Positions 8,525 through 15,657 of a stretch of DNA of 64,000 bases are shown here, piece after piece. Every line of letters starts with the position of its first letter. Positions within the stretch are counted from its first letter, which is position 1. The notes under the pieces are model-generated. The model was not told where the DNA came from. It saw only the letters and a program-made list of their open reading frames with translations, and ran no database searches. Origin of the DNA: Solirubrobacteraceae bacterium (lineage in GTDB: Bacteria > Actinomycetota > Thermoleophilia > Solirubrobacterales > Solirubrobacteraceae); contig JADGPL010000013.1 of NCBI GenBank assembly GCA_017882455.1, forward strand, positions 25,116-89,115, read 5' to 3'. Position numbers and translations under genes: made by a program.

Positions 8525-9292
8525 TTGCAGCGCATGGGCACCATCTATGCGGTCGCCAACCAGAAGGGCGGCGTTGGTAAGACGACGACGGCGGTCAACG
8601 TGGCCGCGTGCATCGCCGAGGCTGGGTACACGACGCTGCTCGTGGATGCCGACCCTCAGGCCAACGCCACCGTGGGGCTCGGAATCCCGCGCACCCAGTC
8701 GCCGGGGCTCTACGAGGTTCTCACCGGTGAGGCGAGCGCCGAGGAGGCGCTCACGGACTCGGCGGTGGAGGGGCTGCGCGCCCTGCCGGCGGGGGCGGGC
8801 CTGGCGGGGGCCAACGTCGAGCTCCCGCGGATGGAGGGCTTCGAGTATCGCCTGCGCGACTGCCTGGCGCCGCTGAAGGACAGCTTCCAGTACATCCTGT
8901 TGGACTGCCCGCCATCGCTCGGCCCGTTGACAGTCTGTGCGCTGGTGGCCGCCGACCGTGTGATCGTGCCGGTGCAGACCGAGTACTTCGCGCTCGAGGG
9001 CCTCGCCGGGCTGCTCGAGACCCTGGCGCTGGTCCAGCGAGAGCTCAACCCCCGCCTCACGGTCGCGGGGATGCTGTTGACGATGCACGACAGCCGCACG
9101 CGTCTCGGCCAGGACGTGGAGCGCGAGGTGCGGGCACACTTTCCCGACCTGGTCTTCGACACCGTGATACCCCGCAACGTCCGAGTCGGGGAGGCTCCCA
9201 GCTACGGTCTGCCGGTGACCCACCACGACCCTCACAGCGCCGGTGCAGAGGCCTACTTCGAGCTCGCCAAGGAGGTGGCTGCGCGTGGCTAA
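8525..9292 (+). CDS. parA: Chromosome partitioning ATPase ParA/Soj
   Basis: 255 aa. Deviant Walker A NQKGGVGKTTTAVN, then LLVDADPQANAT. ATG 8534 is an alternative start. Confidence 0.95.
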   Translation: MQRMGTIYAVANQKGGVGKTTTAVNVAACIAEAGYTTLLVDADPQANATVGLGIPRTQSPGLYEVLTGEASAEEALTDSAVEGLRALPAGAGLAGANVELPRMEGFEYRLRDCLAPLKDSFQYILLDCPPSLGPLTVCALVAADRVIVPVQTEYFALEGLAGLLETLALVQRELNPRLTVAGMLLTMHDSRTRLGQDVEREVRAHFPDLVFDTVIPRNVRVGEAPSYGLPVTHHDPHSAGAEAYFELAKEVAARG

Positions 9293-10193
9293 GCCAAGAC
9301 CCGGGATGGGCAGGGGACTCGATGCGATCCTGTCGGTATCCGCTCGCGGAGGCACCGAGGCGCGCGAGGAGGAGTTGCGGGATCTGCCGGTTGAGCTGAT
9401 CTCGCCCAGCCCCCATCAGCCGCGCCGGGCGTTCGACGAGCAGGCGCTCGCGGCGCTCGCGGGGTCGCTGGGGGAGCGCGGCGTGCTGCAGCCGGTGCTC
9501 GTCCGTCCCAGGCCTGGCGGGAAGTACGAGCTCGTGGCCGGTGAGCGGCGCTGGCGAGCCGCGCGCCTGGCGGGCCTCGAGACCATCCCGGCCCTGGTCC
9601 GCGATCGCGAGGACGCCGCCGCCTTGGAGGTGGCCCTGATCGAGAACATGGCTCGCGAGGACCTCAACCCGATCGAGGAGGCGCGCGCCTGCGCGGCGCT
9701 CGTCGAGGAGCTGGGCCTGACGCGTGAGGAGGTGGGCCTGCGCGTGGGCCGCAGTCGCGTGGCCGTCAGCAACCTGGTGAGGCTCCTGGACCTGCCGGAT
9801 GCGGTGATCGAGCTGCTCGAGCAGGGTGCCCTCAGCGAGGGGCACGGACGCGCGCTGCTGCTGGCCGAGGATCACGAGGCCCGCCGCGCCCTCGCCCGCT
9901 CGGCCGTCGAGCAGGGATGGTCCGTTCGGGTCGTGGAGGAGCGCGCCCGCGACAGCAACGCCGCGCCGGCCCCGCGCAAGGTTGGATCGCGCAGCGGCGC
10001 CGCTGCTCGCCGCTTGCACCCCGACCAGGAGCAGGCCGCCCGCGAGATCGCCGAGACGCTCTCGGGCGCGCTGGGGGCGGAGGTCCAGGTGAAGCCCACG
10101 CGCGACGGGCGCTACCGCGCCGAGCTGTCGCTCTCGAGCCTCCAGGAGGCCGTGGAGCTCGCACGTCGCGTGGGCCCCCGCGCGGTGGCCTGA
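9285..10193 (+). CDS. parB: Chromosome partitioning protein ParB/Spo0J
   Basis: Tail of ORF 9243..10193. [10 protein letters not shown], ParB box [50 protein letters not shown] 9285 overlaps the parA stop; ATG 9306 is an alternative start. Confidence 0.93.
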   Translation: MAKPRPGMGRGLDAILSVSARGGTEAREEELRDLPVELISPSPHQPRRAFDEQALAALAGSLGERGVLQPVLVRPRPGGKYELVAGERRWRAARLAGLETIPALVRDREDAAALEVALIENMAREDLNPIEEARACAALVEELGLTREEVGLRVGRSRVAVSNLVRLLDLPDAVIELLEQGALSEGHGRALLLAEDHEARRALARSAVEQGWSVRVVEERARDSNAAPAPRKVGSRSGAAARRLHPDQEQAAREIAETLSGALGAEVQVKPTRDGRYRAELSLSSLQEAVELARRVGPRAVA

Positions 10194-10247
10194 GCCGGGG
10201 TCGGCGATAAGATGGCGGGCGAAGACGAGCGACGGGGCAGCGGGCGA

Positions 10248-11477
10248 TCACTGATGCGAACGCAACTGCGAGAGCTGGCCCCGTACCGTCGCGTAAAGCT
10301 CGCGCGGTAGACGGGCTGTCTGCTTGCGCGCAGCAGACATCGCCGCCGGGGCGCGATCAAGAATGTCGTTGATAGTGGCCGCCGCGCGCTCGCGTGACAT
10401 GCCCCAGCTCACCGCCTCATTCGCAATCCGCTCGGCTGTGACTCGGTCGGTGCGTTGCACGGTGTCGATACACATCGCCAGTCGGTTGTCGCCGTAGTGC
10501 AGGGTGCACATGAGGTCGTATAGCGGCGTTAGCGTCAACGCACCCGACGCGTGGTGCAGCAACGAGAAGTTCTTGGCGTGGGCGTCGCCGTTGCCAATCA
10601 AGACATTCAACGTCACGGCCTGCAAGAGCCGCTCCAAGGAGTTGGTAGCGGCCACTGACTGCAGGATGCCGGCGATGCGCTGTAGCGAGGGGCCACCGTC
10701 CTCCTCGTACTTGGTCTCGGGGGACACACCCGTCGCTTGGCAGAAGTCCTCCTGGTGGATGCGCTCGACGGCGCCGTCGGGGCTAACGGTGCGGTCGAAC
10801 CGCCCGACGACGATCAACTTGCGTTTCGCGATCTCGGTCGTCTCGACGGCGGCAACGGCGAGGCCGAGGTTCCGCGCGATCCTCATGCAAAACGCCTCGT
10901 TCTCCACCGTCTTCGGGTAGGCGGCGATCTCGGGCTTGAGGATGTGCGTCGAAGGCGTGCCGTCCACGGGTCGGCCCCACTTGCCATCCGGCATGCGCGT
11001 CAGCAGAAGCTTCTCCTGCACGCCCGCTAGCGAGATGCGCACCCTGCCGCCTGCACCCAGCGGTGCGCTCCGCAGGTTGCCCACGAGAGTCGCAACGTCA
11101 TCCGGAGTCAGCGCTTCGGCGGTGACCGTGGTGGGCGTCGGGGGCGGAGGCTCGTCGGCCGGTTGAATCACGACTGCGCCTGCGCAGTCGCGCCCGAGCT
11201 CGCGGATTAGGCCGTATGTGTCGTCCGCGCGCACGCTGACGTCTCGGGCAATCGACTTGCGCGACTCGCCCTCGGGAAGGAGGCCATCGATGAACGGCCG
11301 CACGACACCCTGCGTGTATCGACGCTCACTCAACGGCAGCGACAAAGACAGCAGCGGTGTGCCCAGCTCGTAGCGACCCAGGGCATCCTCCGTGTAGACC
11401 AGGCGCGGTCGACCCCGGTCGCGGTCGATGGTGGCGACCCGGTCGCCGTACAACCAGACGGCTAGCTCGTCGGCCAC
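10248..11477 (-). CDS. hipA: Type II toxin HipA-family serine/threonine kinase
   Basis: 409 aa with a GTG start. P-loop-like RISLAGVQEKLLL and the catalytic motif LIGNGDAHAKNFSLL. The start overlaps the hipB stop by 1 nt (TAGTG). Confidence 0.9.
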   Translation of the reverse strand: MADELAVWLYGDRVATIDRDRGRPRLVYTEDALGRYELGTPLLSLSLPLSERRYTQGVVRPFIDGLLPEGESRKSIARDVSVRADDTYGLIRELGRDCAGAVVIQPADEPPPPTPTTVTAEALTPDDVATLVGNLRSAPLGAGGRVRISLAGVQEKLLLTRMPDGKWGRPVDGTPSTHILKPEIAAYPKTVENEAFCMRIARNLGLAVAAVETTEIAKRKLIVVGRFDRTVSPDGAVERIHQEDFCQATGVSPETKYEEDGGPSLQRIAGILQSVAATNSLERLLQAVTLNVLIGNGDAHAKNFSLLHHASGALTLTPLYDLMCTLHYGDNRLAMCIDTVQRTDRVTAERIANEAVSWGMSRERAAATINDILDRAPAAMSAARKQTARLPRELYATVRGQLSQLRSHQ

Positions 11478-11731
11478 TACCAGTCAGCCTCATCGAGCGT
11501 CATGCGGACCCCAAGCTGTCTCAGGACGCGGAGAATCCGCTTGAGCTGCTCGGTCTCCTTGCCGCTCTCAAGTTCGGATAGGTAGCTGCGCTGCAGCCCA
11601 GCCATCTCGGCGAGTTGAGCCTGGGTCAACCCAGCAGCGGTTCGATAGTGGCGGATAGCATCTCCCAGCGAGGCGGGCGAATAGACCCGAAAGGGTCCCT
11701 TCGAGCCTTTGTGCGTGTCTTCTGTCGGCAT
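11477..11731 (-). CDS. hipB: HipB-like XRE-family HTH antitoxin
   Basis: 84 aa from the internal ATG 11731 of ORF 11477..11977. LGDAIRHYRTAAGLTQAQLAEMAGLQRSYLSELESGK is a classical Cro/C1 HTH. Located directly upstream of hipA. Confidence 0.85.
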   Translation of the reverse strand: MPTEDTHKGSKGPFRVYSPASLGDAIRHYRTAAGLTQAQLAEMAGLQRSYLSELESGKETEQLKRILRVLRQLGVRMTLDEADW

Positions 11732-11850
11732 AATCCGACATTGTAGCAATGTCAGGATACCCCGACAAGCATGCCATGTCGAGATATCACGACATACGGC
11801 CTGTGTCTGGATATCCCGACGCCTCTCGGGTGTGTCGCGGGATCCGGACC
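11723..11850. promoter_or_regulatory. Array of five about-18-bp palindromic operator-like sites at 27-28 bp spacing (putative HipB operators)
   Basis: TGTCGGCATAATCCGACA at 11723, TGTCAGGATACCCCGACA at 11750, TGTCGAGATATCACGACA at 11777, TGTCTGGATATCCCGACG at 11805, TGTCGCGGGATCCGGACC at 11833. The first covers the hipB start codon. Confidence 0.65.
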
Positions 11851-12086
11851 GCTGAACCCAACGCGGCCACTCTGCGTGAGCAGCGAGCCGCCTGCTTCGT
11901 GCGGGTGAGCCGCCACGGTCTGTCCGAGCACGTCCGGTCGCTTCGCTGGCGTGCGCGTGCCGTCGGTAAGATGGCACGCAATGCGTCGCGCAACAGAGCC
12001 TAAGCGCGAGCCACGTGCCATGGATGTGCCATTTTCGGGCGCACGTAGCTTCTCGTTTTCCGGCAAAGTGCGCGGTTGCAGGTAAA

Positions 12087-12160
<74 letters not shown>

Positions 12161-12198
12161 TCATCGCAGTCGGGCCAAAGTCCTCGCCATTCGTGCAG

Positions 12199-13698
12199 CT
12201 ACGCCATATGCGCCGTGGCATCTAGCGTGACCGCCGTCCCATCGCCGTACAAACGCCGATGCAACTCCACGGCCGTCTCCTCCGTAAGCCCGGCGATGAG
12301 GTCTACGACGACGCGCGCGCGACGGGCTGGTTCGTTTCCACCCTCGTCTAGGGTGCGCTTCGCGCCGGGCGGGAATATACGTCGATCGCCGTCTTTGCCC
12401 TCCCCACTTGCTGCGTAGTAGGCCTCGAACAGCTCCCGAACGACGCGCTGTTGCCCGTGCTGTACCACGGCAAGGCCTGGCCTCCGGATCACATACACGC
12501 GCACTAGCATCTTGAGCGCCTCGACCTCCCGGACGATGTCCGGATTGACAAAAACGCGCATCTTGCCGGAGGCGACCACGTCCTCCACTCTGAAGGCGCT
12601 CATGTAACGCGTGATCAGGTCGGAGTCAAAGCGCCGCATCAGTCGGCGATCATCCCTTCCGTGGCGATAGCCGCCAGTCGGAGCGAATGCAGCCGCCACA
12701 GTGCCTATAGCGTCGAGCAGTTGGTCCACGGTATATCGGGGCCAAGACGTGAGGTCTGCCTGCTTTGCGTCCTCGAGGAGCTCGTGCAGGCGCTTGAACT
12801 CATCATCGGTCGGCTCGCCGAGGCGATGGAGCGGAATCAGGCCAGCGCGGAAGAAGTCATCAGTATCGTGGACTGCATAGGTGAGGTCGTCTGCCCACTC
12901 CATGATGAGCGCCTCCAGACTGCGCTCGGGCAAATGTTCGTCGTCATCGACCCGTCCGCTGAACGCCCGAGCAAAAGCATAAGCTTCGTCGTCCTCCTTG
13001 TAAAAGCCCCACTTGCGCTCGCGTGCTCGAGCCTGGAGTGGGTCTTGGCGCCACCAGCGCCACGGGTACTTCAAGATGCCGTCCAGTGTCTGACGGGTGA
13101 GATTGAGGCCGCTACCGCCCGACCGCTGCGCGAGCCACGTCACGATCCGAAAGCTCTGGGCATTCCCCTCGAAGACGCCATCGTCCTGGATGTAGTCATT
13201 AGCGATCTCGTTGAGTTCGGCCTCAGCGATGTGGCCGAACGGAGGATGCCCGAGGTCGTGGGCGAGACAGCTTGCCTCAACCGCTCCCGGGTCGAGCGAC
13301 CGCACGGTTGCCTGTGCCCGTCCCGATATCCCGTCTTGCGCGGCGATCTCCAGGAGTCGCTCGGCGTTGCGTCGCCCGACTTGGGCCACCTTGAGGGAGT
13401 GGCTTAGGCGGTTATGGAACGCGTGCCCGGCCTCGGGTGCCGTAACTTGCGTAACGTAAGCGAGTCGCCGGAAGGCTGAGCAGTAGAGGACCCGATCGCG
13501 ATCACGCTCTCCGGGACCTCGATAGTCCTGTCCCCATTTGTCGCGGGCGTCGGATGAGGCTGTACTTTGGCCTGCGCGTTTCTGAAGCTCGCCTATAGCC
13601 TCGTCACTGCGCGGAGTGAGGAGTTCGTCCACACACGGCAGATTAGGCGCGAGGGCGGATGCGCAAGTCCTCGCCTTGTTCCAACCTTCCGTCGTCAA
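12199..13698 (-). CDS. dGTPase-family HD-domain dNTP triphosphohydrolase
   Basis: Up to 499 aa. HD motifs HNRLSHSLKVAQVGRR, CLAHDLGHPPFGH and EWADDLTYAVHDTDD. The likely real start is GTG 13632, 11 nt after the upstream ORF's stop. The first 22 codons of the track ORF overlap that ORF. Confidence 0.85.
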   Translation of the reverse strand: MTTEGWNKARTCASALAPNLPCVDELLTPRSDEAIGELQKRAGQSTASSDARDKWGQDYRGPGERDRDRVLYCSAFRRLAYVTQVTAPEAGHAFHNRLSHSLKVAQVGRRNAERLLEIAAQDGISGRAQATVRSLDPGAVEASCLAHDLGHPPFGHIAEAELNEIANDYIQDDGVFEGNAQSFRIVTWLAQRSGGSGLNLTRQTLDGILKYPWRWWRQDPLQARARERKWGFYKEDDEAYAFARAFSGRVDDDEHLPERSLEALIMEWADDLTYAVHDTDDFFRAGLIPLHRLGEPTDDEFKRLHELLEDAKQADLTSWPRYTVDQLLDAIGTVAAAFAPTGGYRHGRDDRRLMRRFDSDLITRYMSAFRVEDVVASGKMRVFVNPDIVREVEALKMLVRVYVIRRPGLAVVQHGQQRVVRELFEAYYAASGEGKDGDRRIFPPGAKRTLDEGGNEPARRARVVVDLIAGLTEETAVELHRRLYGDGTAVTLDATAHMA

Positions 13699-13885
13699 GG
13701 AGGCTTCTCAAGGCAAGCCCCATCACCGCGCTGCTCCAGCCATTGCGTGCCCGCGTTAGCAGATCACGCGCGGTCCACCCCTCTTCTGGCTGCTCGCCGG
13801 CGAGCGAAAGCAGCGCTTGCCCCGCTGCGGCGATCTCCTCGCTGATCACTTGGTCTGTGGTGTCGATCGCCATCGTCATCTCCAC
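13643..13885 (-). CDS. Small hypothetical protein, winged-helix-like, upstream of the dGTPase
   Basis: 80 aa. ...GWTARDLLTRARNGWSSAVMGLALRSLLDDGRLEQGEDLRIRP resembles a wHTH recognition helix plus wing. Same strand as the dGTPase and nearly abutting it. Confidence 0.5.
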   Translation of the reverse strand: MEMTMAIDTTDQVISEEIAAAGQALLSLAGEQPEEGWTARDLLTRARNGWSSAVMGLALRSLLDDGRLEQGEDLRIRPRA

Positions 13886-14065
13886 GTCGGTCGGGACCTT
13901 AGGTCATTTCTATACCCCGCGCCGGCCACAACACGCACCGACCGGGCGTTCGTTCTACTTCTTGGTGGACTACGAAATTATGCTTTGGCGTTCGGACGTC
14001 CCTAAACTGAGTTTCATGGGGGCAAAATCTCCAACCTGGGTTGGCAGTCAATATGGTGTCCCACC

Positions 14066-14698
14066 ATGATCTCCGGGACGGCGGAAGACTCGGGATGGAC
14101 TGCATCCGAGTTGCGTGTAGCGATTGGCCGGGCTCTGCTCGCGAGCGACGTGACGATGACGGCGGCGGACCTAGCAGCCGTCGTATCTTCGCACCAGTCG
14201 AACATCAAGAAGGAAGCAGAGCGGATGGCTCTCGCCGGGCTGATCCAGCGCGGTGCGCGCCGCCAGGCAAGCCCAAGTAAGCGCGGCCCGAAGCCCGAAG
14301 GCTTCGGCATGTCGCCGGCACAGCGCAAGCGCGCTTCTCGAGACTTGACCGCATACGTACCACCAGGCGTTCTCCGGCAAGGGCAGGAGGTAGTCAGGGC
14401 GTCTGCCGGTCCTGGGCATGCCGTCGACCTTCTTGGGGCTCTAACCGATGCCGAAGCGACGGTCAAGGCGGCCTGGGTCGCACTCGTCGGGGATGATCTG
14501 TTCGTTGCGTACAGTGGGCCGAGTGCCGCCAAGCCCGCTGTCGAGTTGCAGGCAGTCCTTGAAGCGGCCAACGTTCCGAGTCGGAGGGCAACGGTTGCGC
14601 GCGTCGCACCGGCCCACGAGTGGGTGCGGGACGGGCGTGAGGTCGTACGTGCGGTCGATCGCACGCAGGCCTCGCGCCGTAAGCCCCCTGTCGTGTAG
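14066..14698 (+). CDS. Hypothetical protein, N-terminal wHTH-like domain plus unknown C-terminal domain
   Basis: 210 aa, divergent from the wHTH/dGTPase pair. GWTASELRVAIGRALLASDVTMTAADLAAVVSSHQSNIKKEAERMALAGLIQRG looks MarR/wHTH-like. I recognise no family for the C-terminal half. Confidence 0.5.
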   Translation: MISGTAEDSGWTASELRVAIGRALLASDVTMTAADLAAVVSSHQSNIKKEAERMALAGLIQRGARRQASPSKRGPKPEGFGMSPAQRKRASRDLTAYVPPGVLRQGQEVVRASAGPGHAVDLLGALTDAEATVKAAWVALVGDDLFVAYSGPSAAKPAVELQAVLEAANVPSRRATVARVAPAHEWVRDGREVVRAVDRTQASRRKPPVV

Positions 14699-14730
14699 TC
14701 GTCGCTATTCGGCACGTCTGCGCCACGGCC

Positions 14731-14752
14731 TGATAAGGAAGAGGTCCCGGGA
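14731..14752 (+). repeat. Partial direct repeat of tRNA-Ile (anticodon loop to variable region); relic att site
   Basis: ctgataaggaagaggtccc (19/19) is identical to tRNA positions 12118-12136. One mismatch follows, then gg. Confidence 0.7.
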
Positions 14753-14775
14753 GAGGTGAGGCTTATGGTCGTGGC

Positions 14776-15042
14776 TTACGCCGTGGCGGCCGCACGCCGC
14801 TGAGCGTGCGCGTACAGCGTCTCGGGCGCTATGTCTGCCCCGTTGGGCCAGACGATCGTGCCGGCCTCAGGGTCTGCGGTGAGGCGAGCGAAGTAGGAGC
14901 GCTCGCGTAGCGGCTCGAACACGCCGCCGTACTCGAGCAGATAGGAGAGGTCAACGTCGGCTGTCGTGCCGTCATCGAAGCGAACGTGGACAGCGTAGCC
15001 GTCTATCGCCTGAGCGTCGGCGAGAAGGGGCGTGCTGCGCAT
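14776..15042 (-). CDS. DUF2442-family protein
   Basis: 88 aa. AVHVRFDDGTTADVDLSYLLEYGGVFEPLRERSYFARLTADPEAGTIVWPNGADIAPETLY matches the DUF2442 pattern. Paired with a DUF4160 gene immediately upstream. Confidence 0.7.
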   Translation of the reverse strand: MRSTPLLADAQAIDGYAVHVRFDDGTTADVDLSYLLEYGGVFEPLRERSYFARLTADPEAGTIVWPNGADIAPETLYAHAQRRAAATA

Positions 15043-15061
15043 AGCAGGAATGTTAGAGCGC

Positions 15062-15331
15062 TCAGCGCAGCGGGTCGACTGGCAGCAGCGGCTCGTTGGC
15101 GCGCGCTCGCGACCAGTTTTCGCGCAGCTCGGCTTGGTGCGCTTGCCCCCACTCGGTCACGAGGCGCCGACCACGAGGTGGCAACTCCCCGGCGAGGATC
15201 GCCAGGCTCTCGATGTCGATCGTGGCCTCGTCCTCGCCATAGGTGGCGTGGAAGTGCGGCCGACCGCGGTGGTGAACCTCGTCGTAGTACATCCAGATCA
15301 CGATCCCGTAGAACGCGCTGATCCTCGGCAT
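15062..15331 (-). CDS. DUF4160-family protein
   Basis: 89 aa. MPRISAFYGIVIWMYYDEVHHRGRPHFHATYGEDEATIDIESL is the characteristic DUF4160 N-terminus. Confidence 0.75.
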   Translation of the reverse strand: MPRISAFYGIVIWMYYDEVHHRGRPHFHATYGEDEATIDIESLAILAGELPPRGRRLVTEWGQAHQAELRENWSRARANEPLLPVDPLR

Positions 15332-15579
15332 GGGCTACCCGCTCCAATGAGCAGCCGTCGTTGCGGCCGCGACGGCCGCGAGCGCTGAGTCCGAGCGATC
15401 TCGATGCCACATGGCGAACGCAGGCTATCCGGGCGTCCGGGGCAGCAGGCACGTTCCGCTGCCCAAACCCAACCGAATCGGACCCAATCCCGCCGTATCC
15501 GCGCGGTACACCGGCCACGAGAATCTCTCGCAAACACTGGCGATCAGGCGCTTTCAGCGCCTCTGCATCGAGTCATGAC

Positions 15580-15616
15580 AAGGAAGAGGTCCCAGGTTCG
15601 AATCCTGGATCGCCCA
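15580..15616 (+). repeat. 37-nt exact direct repeat of the tRNA-Ile 3' half (attR-like)
   Basis: aaggaagaggtcccaggttcgaatcctggatcgccca is identical to 12124-12160. The 5' half of a tRNA is absent, so this is not a gene. Confidence 0.85.
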
Positions 15617-15657
15617 CTCTCGCCCCGCGTTCTGGTGGGCGGCCAGAATATTCGCCG

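Larger units (their letters stand above)
12161..15616. mobile_element. Decayed composite genomic island at tRNA-Ile (att-like tRNA 3'-half repeats, no integrase)
   Basis: Direct copies of tRNA-Ile internal/3' sequence occur at 14731-14752 and 15580-15616. The enclosed genes are accessory-type (dGTPase, wHTH proteins, DUF4160/DUF2442). The sequence is visibly less GC-rich, e.g. 13890-14060. Confidence 0.6.

Noticed and set aside
11749-12066. ORFs 11749..12003 (+) and 11752..12066 (-) lying across the hipB upstream region. Their peptides show internal repeats (e.g. SGYPD...).
   Set aside because: The peptide repeats simply mirror the five DNA operator repeats. There is no RBS or family resemblance, and the region is better explained as the hipBA control region plus the tRNA-Ile promoter.
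13899-14105. A 68-aa minus-strand ORF in the low-GC spacer of the island.
   Set aside because: It has no RBS and an odd composition. It overlaps the start of the better-supported 210-aa plus-strand ORF, and the spacer is more plausibly a divergent promoter region.
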